A DNA stretch of 64,000 nucleotides. Source: Candidatus Marinacidobacterium sp. (GTDB taxonomy: Bacteria > Acidobacteriota > Vicinamibacteria > Marinacidobacterales > Marinacidobacteraceae). Shown here one piece after another: positions 19,324-28,322 of this stretch. The translations under genes were made by a program, and so were the position numbers. Below the pieces are notes generated by a model. That model was not told the DNA's origin and did not search any database. It worked only from the letters and a program-made list of their open reading frames with translations. Each line of letters opens with the position of its first letter. Positions within the stretch are counted from its first letter, which is position 1. The stretch spans positions 1,856,001 to 1,920,000 of the forward strand of contig OZ244852.1 in the NCBI GenBank assembly GCA_965220965.1. The letters run 5' to 3'.

Positions 19324-22164
19324 CTACAGCGGGGCGCCTTCGGCGTCCACCCGGCGCACCGGACCGACGGCGAGTCCCCCGAGTTCGGGTTCGAGCCGTT
19401 CGGCGTCACCCACCACGACCAGCGCGCCGCCCTCCACGCCGAGCCAGGCGTTCGCGGCGGCCGCCACTTCCTCGGGGGTGACCGCCTCGATCAGCCCGGC
19501 GTAGTCCCGGATCCAGGAGAGCTCGTCGCCGCGGCGGATCGTCCCGGTGATGACCCCGAGAACCCCGCCGAGCGTCTCGAAGCTCTGGGCGTAGCCGCGC
19601 ACCAGCGACTTCTTCGCTTCGGCGAGCTCGCCCTTGCGGACCGGGCGGCGCCCGGAAGCGAGCGCGTCGACTTCGCCCAGAAGCTCCCGGACACCCTCGG
19701 CGGCCCGGTCGAGGTTCAGGGAGGCGGAAGCGGTGAGCAGCGAGCCCTGCGCGAACTGGCGGGACCCGGCGAAGGCGCCGTAGGTGGCGCCCATCCGCTC
19801 GCGGAGGTTGAGATTCAGCCGGCTGGAGAAACCCCCGCCGAGAATCGTGAGCGCGAGGCGTAGGGCGTAGCGCTCGGGGATCCCCCGGGGGGGGCCCGGC
19901 TTCCGCCAGGTCACGACCGCCTGCGGTCCCGGGCGCTCCATCCCGTGAAGCAGCACGCCCGGCGCCGCGGACGGCGGCCGGGGGGCGGCGCGCGGCGCCT
20001 CGCCGGCGCCCTCGCCCCAACTCGCCAGCACGCGCGCGAACGCCGCCTCGGCCTCCTCGGGATCCAGATCGCCGCAAGCCACCAGGAAAGGCGCCGGAGC
20101 GGGTCCGGTGGGGGCGAAGCGGGCGCGGTGGTAACCCACCAGGTCCGCCGGCGTGATCCGGGGCAGCGATTCCTCGTCGCCGCGCCAGCCATAGGGGTGC
20201 GCGTCGGAGAAGGCGCTCCGGCGGGCGATGCGCCGGGCGATGGAGGTCGGGTTCGCCCGCGCCTGCTTCAGGGCGTCGAGGCGCACCGGGGTGACGCGGC
20301 CGAGCTCCTCCTCATCGAACGCGGGGTTCTGAAGGAAATCCGCGGCGAGCCCGAGCGTCCGGTCGAAGTGCTCGGTGAGCCCCGACAGGTGGACCCCCAG
20401 CCATTCGGACCCGGCCGCCGCGTTGACCGAAGCGCCCATGCGGTCCGCCTCCGCCTCGAACTCCCGCGCGCTGCGCGTCGTCGTGCCGCGCCCGAGCATC
20501 TCCGCGGTCACCCCGGCGAGACCGGCGAGCCGGCGGGGCTCGTCCACCCTCCCTCCCGGGAGACTCAGCGTCGCGACGAAGTGGGGCAGATCCCGCCGGG
20601 GGAGCACGTACATCGGCATGCCGGGGCCGATGCGCCGCGCCTCGGGCAGCGGCGAGAGGAACGTGGGCGCCCGCCCGCGACGCGGGGGTCGGCGCCGGTC
20701 CGGTTCGGGGGGAAGCGCGACGCCCTCCGGGGCCGGCGAGTTCACCGGAGCGGTCCACGCCTCGGGGCCGACCGGCGAGGGGTCCACCGGCGCCTCTCCC
20801 GAAGCCGACGGGTCCCCGTAGAGGAGCTCGACCCGGGGGGCCAGGAGGTACTGGCGCGCGACGCGACGGACGTCCTCGGCCGTCACCTGGCGAAACCGCT
20901 CCCAGTCCTCCGAAAGCTTGCCCGGGTCGCCCAGGTAGGTGGTGTAGCGGGCGAGCAGGTCCGCCTTGGTGGCGAGCCGCTCGAGGCCCGCGAGGAAGGC
21001 CACCTGGGCGCCGGCCTTCGCCCGCGCCAGCTCGTCCTCCGTCGGGCCCTCCTCCACGATCCGGGCGATTTCCTCATCCATCTGTTCCCGCAGCCGGTCC
21101 AGCCCGGTTCCGGGACGGGCCGTCGCGACGACTCCGGAGATCCCGGCGCCGCGCATGGCGTGGTGGAAGGCGCCGACCTGGGAGGCCGTCCGGTCCTCGT
21201 AGACCATCCGGCGGACCAGCCGGGAGTTCAGCCCGTCGGAGAGGACATCCGAGAGCATGTCGAGCGGCGCCTCGTCGGGGTGGAAGAAGGGGGTGGCGGG
21301 CCACGCCGCATAGAGGCGCGCCTGGGGAACCTCCTCCGGAACGAGGATCCGGCGGGTTTCGCTGAGCCCTGGCGGCCGGAACGCCGGACGCCCCGGCGAG
21401 GGTCCGGGCGGAATGGGGCCGAAGTAGCGCCGGATCAGCTCCCGCGCGCGCCGCCGGTCGAAGTCGCCGGCGACGACCAGAACGGCGTTGTTCGGGATGT
21501 ACCAGGCGCGGAAGAAGTCATGGACCTCCCCGAGATCCGCCGCCTCGAGATGGGCCATGTCCCCGATGACGTCCCAGGAGTAGGGGTGGCCGGGGGGAAA
21601 CAGCGTCCGGAACAGGATCTCCCAGGCCGTGCCGTAGGGCACGTTGTCCATCCGCTGGAAACGCTCGTTGCGGACGACCTCGCGCTGGGTGTCCAGTTTC
21701 GACTGGTCCAGCACATCGAGCAGGTAGGACATCCGGTCCGACTCGGCCCACAGCACCAGCCCGAGCGCCTCCCGAGGGACGGTCTCGTAGTAGTTCGTGC
21801 GGTCGTGGCTCGTCGTGCCGTTGACGCCCCCGGCGGAGAGGCTCGCGCCGGCCTTCTCCATGAGCCGGATGAAGTGCCGGTTGTTGTGGCGGGAGCCCTC
21901 GAACATGAGGTGCTCGAACAGGTGGGCGAAACCGGTCCGCCACGGCCGCTCGTTGGCCGACCCCACGTGGTACCAGAGCGCCACGTGAACCACCGGGAGG
22001 CGCCGGTCCTCGTGGAACAGGACGCGGAGACCGTTGTCGAGCGTCCACCGGGTCGAGGGGACCGACACCGACGCCGCCATGGACGCCACCGCGGCCTCCG
22101 CGGCGGCGACCGATCCGGGGGCGTCGGCGCGCCCGAATCCGGCGGCGGGGGGACGAAGCGGCAC
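19324..22164 (-). CDS. M16 family (pitrilysin-like) zinc peptidase, two halves in one chain
   Basis: TLDNGLRV, YHVGS, GFAHLFEHLMF (HxxEH), NGTT, QREVVRNE, LGGGFSSRLNLNLRE; start may be ATG 22080. Confidence 0.9.
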   Translation of the reverse strand: MPLRPPAAGFGRADAPGSVAAAEAAVASMAASVSVPSTRWTLDNGLRVLFHEDRRLPVVHVALWYHVGSANERPWRTGFAHLFEHLMFEGSRHNNRHFIRLMEKAGASLSAGGVNGTTSHDRTNYYETVPREALGLVLWAESDRMSYLLDVLDQSKLDTQREVVRNERFQRMDNVPYGTAWEILFRTLFPPGHPYSWDVIGDMAHLEAADLGEVHDFFRAWYIPNNAVLVVAGDFDRRRARELIRRYFGPIPPGPSPGRPAFRPPGLSETRRILVPEEVPQARLYAAWPATPFFHPDEAPLDMLSDVLSDGLNSRLVRRMVYEDRTASQVGAFHHAMRGAGISGVVATARPGTGLDRLREQMDEEIARIVEEGPTEDELARAKAGAQVAFLAGLERLATKADLLARYTTYLGDPGKLSEDWERFRQVTAEDVRRVARQYLLAPRVELLYGDPSASGEAPVDPSPVGPEAWTAPVNSPAPEGVALPPEPDRRRPPRRGRAPTFLSPLPEARRIGPGMPMYVLPRRDLPHFVATLSLPGGRVDEPRRLAGLAGVTAEMLGRGTTTRSAREFEAEADRMGASVNAAAGSEWLGVHLSGLTEHFDRTLGLAADFLQNPAFDEEELGRVTPVRLDALKQARANPTSIARRIARRSAFSDAHPYGWRGDEESLPRITPADLVGYHRARFAPTGPAPAPFLVACGDLDPEEAEAAFARVLASWGEGAGEAPRAAPRPPSAAPGVLLHGMERPGPQAVVTWRKPGPPRGIPERYALRLALTILGGGFSSRLNLNLRERMGATYGAFAGSRQFAQGSLLTASASLNLDRAAEGVRELLGEVDALASGRRPVRKGELAEAKKSLVRGYAQSFETLGGVLGVITGTIRRGDELSWIRDYAGLIEAVTPEEVAAAANAWLGVEGGALVVVGDAERLEPELGGLAVGPVRRVDAEGAPL

Positions 22165-22225
22165 GGGCGGCGGGCAATATACTGCGGGTCCGGCTGCTGC
22201 TGGCGGTCTTCATTTTCTGGTCTTG

Positions 22226-23398
22226 TTGCGAACGGCGGGGCGGGCTGCTTCCCCGGGGCGTCCGGGGTTCGCCGGATGGCGTCGGGCGGCGGCGTTCGCC
22301 GTGGCCGCCTTCGGGGTCAGCGGAGCAGCGGAGGCCCAGCTCTTCACCGCGGATCGCCCGGTGGAGGCGATGGCGGGCAAGCAGGTGGTCTTCGAGACGA
22401 CGCACGGGACGTTCGTGGTCGAGGTCCTGCCGGAGAAGGCCCCGAATCACGCCGCCTTCTTCCTTCTCCAGGCCGAGGGGGGGAACTACGACGGGACCGC
22501 GTTCCACCGGGTGATCGCAAGGGGCATCGTCCAGGGCGGCGACCCGGTGACGAAGGATCCGGATGCGGTGGCCGACTACGGGACGGGCGGTTTGCTCCGG
22601 CTGGCGCGGGAGCCGAACGACGAGTCGCACGCGCGGGGCGCGGTGTCCGCGGTCCAGGTTCCGGGGCAACCCGACAGCGCCGGCTCGCAGTTCTTCTGCG
22701 TGATCACCGACCAGCCCGGCCTCGACGGGCTCTACACCGTGTTCGGACGGGTCGTCGAGGGGATGCGGCCACTGACCCGCATCTCGGAACTCCCGGCGGA
22801 CGAGAACGGCCTTCCCGCCGAACGGGTCGAGATCCTCCGCGCCACGGTGCGCGACCGGCCTCCGGAGGTCGCGCCTCCGTTCACCGACGAGCCGGACGCC
22901 GAACTCGCCGACTGGCGCGTCGTTCTGGAGACGCCTTTCGGAGAGATCGGGATCGAGGTCTTCCCCGAGGTCGCCCCCAACCACGCCCGCAACTTCCTCC
23001 GGCTGGCGGCGCTCGGCGCCTACGACGGAACCGCGTTCCACCGGGTCGTTCCCGGGTTCATGGTCCAGACCGGATGGATGGAGACCCGGGCGCCTGAGAT
23101 TTCGGAGACCCTGGAGCGCCACATCGTGAATCTCGCCCCCGAGTTCAACGACCGGCCCCACATCCCGGGAGCGGTGTCCATGGCGCGACTGGAGGCCCTC
23201 GACAGCGCGACGACCAGCTTCTTCATCATGACCGGCGAGGCCCCGGCGCTCGACGGGGAATACACCGTCTTCGGCGAGGTTGTCTCCGGCTACGAGGCGG
23301 TCGAGGCCATTTCGGCGCTCCCGGCGGGCGAGGACGAGGCGCCGCTCGAGCGGATCGCCATTCTCCGGGCGCGGGTGGAGCGGGCGCCGGCCCGGTGA
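22226..23398 (+). CDS. Secreted peptidyl-prolyl isomerase with two cyclophilin domains
   Basis: Signal-like AAAFAVAAFGVSGAAEA-Q; two copies of ET.xG...APNH...YDGTAFHRV...YTVFG; start approximate (TTG). Confidence 0.87.
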   Translation: MRTAGRAASPGRPGFAGWRRAAAFAVAAFGVSGAAEAQLFTADRPVEAMAGKQVVFETTHGTFVVEVLPEKAPNHAAFFLLQAEGGNYDGTAFHRVIARGIVQGGDPVTKDPDAVADYGTGGLLRLAREPNDESHARGAVSAVQVPGQPDSAGSQFFCVITDQPGLDGLYTVFGRVVEGMRPLTRISELPADENGLPAERVEILRATVRDRPPEVAPPFTDEPDAELADWRVVLETPFGEIGIEVFPEVAPNHARNFLRLAALGAYDGTAFHRVVPGFMVQTGWMETRAPEISETLERHIVNLAPEFNDRPHIPGAVSMARLEALDSATTSFFIMTGEAPALDGEYTVFGEVVSGYEAVEAISALPAGEDEAPLERIAILRARVERAPAR

Positions 23399-24411
23399 GC
23401 GCGGGAGACCGGCCGGGGGCGAACGGCCCCCTGGATGTCGCGATCGTGGGCGCCGGCCCCTCCGGGCTCGCCACCGCGATCGAGTGCCAGCGCCGCGGCC
23501 TGCGCGCCGAGATCTTCGAAAAGGGCGCGCTGGTGAACTCGATCCGGCGTTTCCCGGTGGACATGATCTTCTTCACCACGCCGGACCTGCTCGAGATCGG
23601 TGGGATGCCGCTGGTGTGCCTTCGGGAAAAGCCGTCCCGCTCCGAGGCGCTCACCTACTACCGCAAGGTGGCCGTCTGCTACGACCTCCGGCCGCGGCTG
23701 TTCACCCGGGTGTCGCGCGTTGTCCGCCGGGAGGGCGGCTTCACCCTTCACCTCGAAAGCCGCCGCCAGGGGATTCCGGATCCGCCTCCGGTCACCGCGC
23801 GGAACCTGGTCCTCGCCATCGGCTATTTCGACAATCCGAACCGTCTCGGGGTTCCCGGCGAGGAGCTGGACAAGGTGAGTCCGCGGTACGTGGAGACGCA
23901 CGGGTACTTCGGATCCCGGGTCGCGGTCATCGGCGGCGGAAATGGCGCGGCGGTCGCGGCGCTGGATCTCTATCGCGCCGGCGTGGACGTCACCCTCATC
24001 CACCGGGGGGAGGCGCTCTCGTCCAACCTGAAGTACTGGGTGAGACCGGACATCGAGAACCGGATCGCGCGGAACGAGATTTCCTGCCGCCTCGGCAGCG
24101 TGGTGGAGGAGATCCGTCCGGACTCGCTCCTCCTGCGCGATGGCGGCGGCGCGCGCAGCGAGGTCCCGAACGACTTCGTGCTCCCGCTGATCGGATACCG
24201 GCCCGACTACCGGTTCCTGGAACGCCTCGGCGTTCGCAGCGTGGGCCCGGACCGGACGCCGGTGACGGACCCGGAGAGCTACGCGACCGAAGTGCCCGGG
24301 CTCTATCTTGCGGGAGGGATCGTGGCCGGACTGCGAACGAACCGGATCTTCATCGAGAACGGGCGCCTTCACGGCGAGTCGATCGTCCGGCACATCGCCC
24401 GGGAGCGGTGA
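23395..24411 (+). CDS. YpdA family FAD-dependent (putative bacillithiol) disulfide reductase
   Basis: IVGAGPSGL, EKGALVNSI, FFTTPDLLEIG, EALTYYRKV, KYWVRPDIENRI, FIENGRLH. Confidence 0.88.
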   Translation: MSAGDRPGANGPLDVAIVGAGPSGLATAIECQRRGLRAEIFEKGALVNSIRRFPVDMIFFTTPDLLEIGGMPLVCLREKPSRSEALTYYRKVAVCYDLRPRLFTRVSRVVRREGGFTLHLESRRQGIPDPPPVTARNLVLAIGYFDNPNRLGVPGEELDKVSPRYVETHGYFGSRVAVIGGGNGAAVAALDLYRAGVDVTLIHRGEALSSNLKYWVRPDIENRIARNEISCRLGSVVEEIRPDSLLLRDGGGARSEVPNDFVLPLIGYRPDYRFLERLGVRSVGPDRTPVTDPESYATEVPGLYLAGGIVAGLRTNRIFIENGRLHGESIVRHIARER

Positions 24412-26159
24412 CGAAGCCGGCGGGATCGGCCGGAGGGTCGGCGCCGCGGCGCGGCCTTCCCCGCCGCGAGTTCGTGGGCGCCCTCGCCGGCGCCACACTG
24501 GCGGCGACCGGTCGCCGGTCGAGCGCGGCCGGGCCCGCGCCACTCGACTGGCGGATCCGGGGGGCGCTCGTCGTGGACGGCTCGGGGGCGGCTGGCGGCA
24601 TCGCCGACCTCGGGATCCGCGACGGGAAGTTCGCGCCCGCCGAGGGCCCCGCCCGGCGTGAAATCGACGGGGCCGGGCTGGTGGCGGCGCCCGGGTTCAT
24701 CGACCTCCACTCGCACGGGGATCTGGTCCTGCAGCTCCCCGGACCGGAGCGGTCGCGGTGGATCGCGGGGCGGCTGGCGCAGGGGATCACGACCGAGATC
24801 ATCGGGAACTGCGGGCTGGGCGCGGCGCCGCTCTTCGGGGAAGCGCGGGAGCTCGCGCCCGGCGTCCACGCGTGGATGACCCCGGAGGGCGTCCGGTGGG
24901 AGTGGCGGACGCTCACCGACTACTTCGACCGCCTCGAGACGCTGGGGCTGCCGAACCACGTCGCCGCGCTGATCCCGCACGGCCTTCTCCGCCTGGGCGC
25001 CATGGGTCTGCGGCCGGGCCCACCGGATGCGGGGGAGCGCGCCGCGATGGAGCGGGCCCTGGATGATGCGCTCCGCGAGGGGGCGCTGGGCATGTCCTGC
25101 GGGCTGATCTATCCGCCCGGCATGTTCTCGGACACCTCCGAACTCGCGGATCTCGCCCGGCGCCTCGTTCCGACGGACGGCCTGTTCACCGCCCATATCC
25201 GCGGCTCGAGCGAGACGCTCGGACCCGCCGTCGAGGAACTGCTGGAGATCGGGCGGACAACCGGCGCGCGGGTCCATCACAGCCACGCCGAAGCGGTCGG
25301 CCGGTCCCACTGGGGCGGGCTCGCCAGGCTTCTCGAGCGTGAACAGGAAGCGCGCCGCGCCGGGGTCCGCGTCTCCGCCGACATGTTCCCGTACCCGGTG
25401 GCGGCGACGATGATGTACGCCATCTATCCGCCGTGGGCGCTCGACGGCGGGACCGCCGCCCTGCTGGAGCGGCTCGCGGACCCGGCGAGCCGCGACCGGA
25501 TCCGGGAGGCGATCGGGACCCACAGCCCCGATTGGCCGCCCTGGCGGCCCGGAGGCTGGCCTCACAACCTGGTGGGCGCGGTCGGATGGGAGGGGATCCG
25601 GGTGGCGAGCGTCGGCGGCGCCGGGCGCGATGACGCCGTCGGACTGTCGCTCGCCGAGCTCGGCGCGGCGCGCGGGAGGCCGCCGTTCGACGCCATCTCC
25701 GATCTGATGCTGGAGGCCGGGGGCGCCGTCGGGCAGTTCGTGCTGGACATCAGCGGGGAGGACGGCCTGCGGGCGCTCGCCGCCGACCCCTCGGTCGCGT
25801 TCATCACCGATGCGAACGACTACGGTCTCGGCTCTCCCCACCCCGCCGCCTACGGAGCGTTTCCCCGCGTGCTGCGCCGGTATGTGCGGGAGGAGGGGCT
25901 CCTGTCGCTCGAGGAAGCCATCCGGCGCATGACCTCGCTCCCGGCGGAGATCGCCGGCCTGTCCGACCGGGGTCGCATCCGTTCCGGCTGGCCGGCCGAC
26001 CTCGTCCTGTTCGACCCGGGCCGGATCCACGACCGGGCGACCCTGGAGGATCCGCGCCAGCGGGCCGAAGGGATTCGGGCCACCTTCGTGAACGGCGAGC
26101 CCGTCACCTGGGACGGTCAGCTCACCGGCGCCCTGCCCGGCCGGGTTCTAAGGCGCTAG
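24408..26159 (+). CDS. N-acyl-D-amino-acid deacylase family amidohydrolase with Tat-like signal
   Basis: GTGA overlap; RREFVGALAG; APGFIDLHSHGD, GITTEIIGNCG, HPAAYGAFPRVL, EAIRRMTSLPA. Confidence 0.87.
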   Translation: MTKPAGSAGGSAPRRGLPRREFVGALAGATLAATGRRSSAAGPAPLDWRIRGALVVDGSGAAGGIADLGIRDGKFAPAEGPARREIDGAGLVAAPGFIDLHSHGDLVLQLPGPERSRWIAGRLAQGITTEIIGNCGLGAAPLFGEARELAPGVHAWMTPEGVRWEWRTLTDYFDRLETLGLPNHVAALIPHGLLRLGAMGLRPGPPDAGERAAMERALDDALREGALGMSCGLIYPPGMFSDTSELADLARRLVPTDGLFTAHIRGSSETLGPAVEELLEIGRTTGARVHHSHAEAVGRSHWGGLARLLEREQEARRAGVRVSADMFPYPVAATMMYAIYPPWALDGGTAALLERLADPASRDRIREAIGTHSPDWPPWRPGGWPHNLVGAVGWEGIRVASVGGAGRDDAVGLSLAELGAARGRPPFDAISDLMLEAGGAVGQFVLDISGEDGLRALAADPSVAFITDANDYGLGSPHPAAYGAFPRVLRRYVREEGLLSLEEAIRRMTSLPAEIAGLSDRGRIRSGWPADLVLFDPGRIHDRATLEDPRQRAEGIRATFVNGEPVTWDGQLTGALPGRVLRR

Positions 26160-26188
26160 GCGGGATGGACTGCTAGCATTCTTTCCGA

Positions 26189-26452
26189 ATGGCCAACCGC
26201 TCCCGACAGACATTCCTGAAGCGTCGCAAGGAGAAGGAGCGGGCTGCGCGCCAGCGCGCCAAGGAGCTGCGCCGCCGGGAACGGTCGATCGAGAAGGCGA
26301 CCGAAGGACCCCGGGCGGCGGGCGCGCCGGACCCGGACATCGAGGGCATCACGCCGGGGCCCCAGGAGCCGGTGTGGAAGATGGCGGGCGTCCTGACCGA
26401 CGACGAGGTCGAAGCCCTCGAACTGGAAGAGCAGGAAGAGAAGGAAGCCTGA
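26189..26452 (+). CDS. Small hypothetical protein, basic N-terminus and acidic C-terminus
   Basis: ATG-initiated 87-aa ORF with GC-rich third positions filling the intergenic gap; DPDIEGITPGPQ segment. Confidence 0.7.
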   Translation: MANRSRQTFLKRRKEKERAARQRAKELRRRERSIEKATEGPRAAGAPDPDIEGITPGPQEPVWKMAGVLTDDEVEALELEEQEEKEA

Positions 26453-26506
26453 GGCGCCGGCCGGGCGTTCCGGCCGCGATGCGCCTCGTCGCCGCGAGCG
26501 GCGACT

Positions 26507-27034
26507 TCAGGACGGGAGCAGTTCGTGCGAGAGCATCCGGTCCCCGTCGAAGACGAAGCGGCCGGAGAAAGGCTCGTCCGCGAGAAGCAGCGGGAGCCAG
26601 ACGGCGTCGTCTTCCCACATCTGGTCGTAGGGAATGCGCTCCAGCGGCGCCCACAGCGGCGTCGCCTCGTCGGTTGCGCCGGGCTCCCCGGTGAAGCCGT
26701 CAGCGCGGAACACGTGGACATGGATCGAGTAGCCGTCCACGAACTGAAAGCGCAGCTCCCCGCCGAGGCGGACTCCGGTGGGGCGTATCCGCACCTCCTC
26801 CTCGGTTTCCCGGATGGCCGCCTCGAGCGGGGTCTCCCCGGGCTCGAGGCGGCCGCCGGGGCCGTTCACCTTGCCCTTGCCCAGACCCCGGTGCTTGCGG
26901 ATGAGGAGGATCCGCCCGCCGGTGACCACGAAGAGGAGCGTCGCCCGCTCCTCGGGGGTCCACCCCTCCCAGCGGAACCGGTCCAGGAACCCGGAGGCGT
27001 CCGGATTTCCCGGCCCGGATGCGCTTCCCGGCAA
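26507..27034 (-). CDS. NUDIX hydrolase, 8-oxo-dGTP diphosphatase (MTH1-like)
   Basis: ATLLFV, LLIRKHRGLGKGKVNGPGGRLEPGETPLEAAIRETEEE, IPYDQMWEDD; TTG 27034 just after upstream stop. Confidence 0.87.
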   Translation of the reverse strand: MPGSASGPGNPDASGFLDRFRWEGWTPEERATLLFVVTGGRILLIRKHRGLGKGKVNGPGGRLEPGETPLEAAIRETEEEVRIRPTGVRLGGELRFQFVDGYSIHVHVFRADGFTGEPGATDEATPLWAPLERIPYDQMWEDDAVWLPLLLADEPFSGRFVFDGDRMLSHELLPS

Positions 27035-27035
27035 G

Positions 27036-28022
27036 TCAGGAGCGGTCCCACCCGACCCCGGAGAGCCGGCCCAGAACCGATCCTTCGCCTCGGCCGCCCC
27101 GACCGGTCTGGGGAGCGGCCTGGTGGATGCGTCCGGCCAGCCGGCTGAACGGGAGCGACTGGAGCCACACCCATCCCGGTCCGGTGAGGCTGGCGAAGAA
27201 GAAACCCTCCCCACCGAAGAGCGCGGACTTCACGCCGCCGACCATCTGGACGTCGTAGTCGACCGACGGGGCGAGCGCGACGAGGCAGCCGGTGTCCACC
27301 CGGAGGTTCTCCCCGGGGGCAAGCTCGCGCCGCTCGATCGTTCCCCCGGCGTGGAGGAAGGCCAGGCCGTCGCCTTCGACCGACTGCATGATGAAGCCTT
27401 CACCGCCGAAGAGCGCCGTTCCGATCCGCCGCTGGAAGGCGATGCCGATGGAGACGCCCTTGGCGCCACAGAGAAAGGCGTCCTTCTGGGCGACGACCCG
27501 CCCCCCCATGGTGGCGAGGTCCACCGGGATGATCTTTCCCGGGTAGGGCGAAGCGAACGCGACGTGCTGCTTGCCGGCCCCGCGGTTCACGAACTCGGTC
27601 ATGAACAGGCTCTCGCCGGTGAGCAGCCGCTTGCCCGCGCCGAGCAGCTTTTCCATGAAGCCGCTCTCCCCGCCGTCGCCGAAGATCGTCTTCATCTCGA
27701 CGCCGGCTGACATGTACATCATCGCCCCGGCTTCGGCGATCGCCCCCTCCCCGGGGTCGAGCTCCACCTCGACGAACTGCATCTCCTCCCCCACGACCCG
27801 GAAATCCACTTCGTGCATCCGACCCTTCCCGGGAGGCGGCGGCGGCGCGCCGTCGGCTGACCCGCCCAGGGACGCCGCCGGCCGCCAGTCCTGACTCCCC
27901 TGGCGACACACCTGGACTCCCCGGTCCCAGCGACCCGAGGAGAGGCCTCGCCGCACCTCGGACTCCGGGAAGGGGCCGAGAACCCGGCCCTCCTCCGCCA
28001 CGTACCAGTGGGATTCGGACAT
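27036..28022 (-). CDS. TIGR00266/AIM24 family protein with N-terminal GYF_2 (DUF4339)-like domain
   Basis: N-terminal WYVAEEGRVLGPF...VCRQGSQDWRP; core EMQFVEVELDPGE, AEAGAM, LTGESLF, FGGEGFIMQ, LQSLPFSRLA. Confidence 0.88.
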   Translation of the reverse strand: MSESHWYVAEEGRVLGPFPESEVRRGLSSGRWDRGVQVCRQGSQDWRPAASLGGSADGAPPPPPGKGRMHEVDFRVVGEEMQFVEVELDPGEGAIAEAGAMMYMSAGVEMKTIFGDGGESGFMEKLLGAGKRLLTGESLFMTEFVNRGAGKQHVAFASPYPGKIIPVDLATMGGRVVAQKDAFLCGAKGVSIGIAFQRRIGTALFGGEGFIMQSVEGDGLAFLHAGGTIERRELAPGENLRVDTGCLVALAPSVDYDVQMVGGVKSALFGGEGFFFASLTGPGWVWLQSLPFSRLAGRIHQAAPQTGRGGRGEGSVLGRLSGVGWDRS

Positions 28023-28062
28023 CAGCGTTCTCCCCGACGACGGGCTCGCCGAGCCCCGCCCG

Positions 28063-28215
28063 TCATATTCTCGCGCAGTGAAACAGCATCAGACCGGCGA
28101 GCGCCATGGCCGCGAGCAACACCGGGGCGAGCGCCAGCACCAGGTAGAGACGACGCGGAAGCGGCCGCGGTTCCAGGGGACTCTCCGGGCCAGGCTTCCC
28201 CGGGGAACCAGTCAC
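28063..28215 (-). CDS. Small single-pass membrane protein, 50 aa (absent from ORF track)
   Basis: GTG 28215 to TGA 28063: MTGSPGKPGPESPLEPRPLPRRLYLVLALAPVLLAAMALAGLMLFHCARI; TAGAGT 6 nt upstream. Confidence 0.6.
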   Translation of the reverse strand: MTGSPGKPGPESPLEPRPLPRRLYLVLALAPVLLAAMALAGLMLFHCARI

Positions 28216-28322
28216 CAGGACACTCTATCCGGCGGGTGTCCCCGTTCCGAAGGCCGCAGGCGCCCTTTCGATTCCCTCCCGGGGGCCGACGGATGACCGG
28301 GTCGCCCTCCGGAGGACGCGAA

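Noticed and set aside
28078-28296. Plus-strand 72-aa ORF, or a riboswitch (partial resemblance to ZTP/pfl), upstream of glycerate kinase
   Set aside because: The His/Gln/Arg pattern is the antisense shadow of a hydrophobic minus-strand ORF, and the ZTP 3' element (GCCTGGGC) is absent; the local hairpins alone are insufficient
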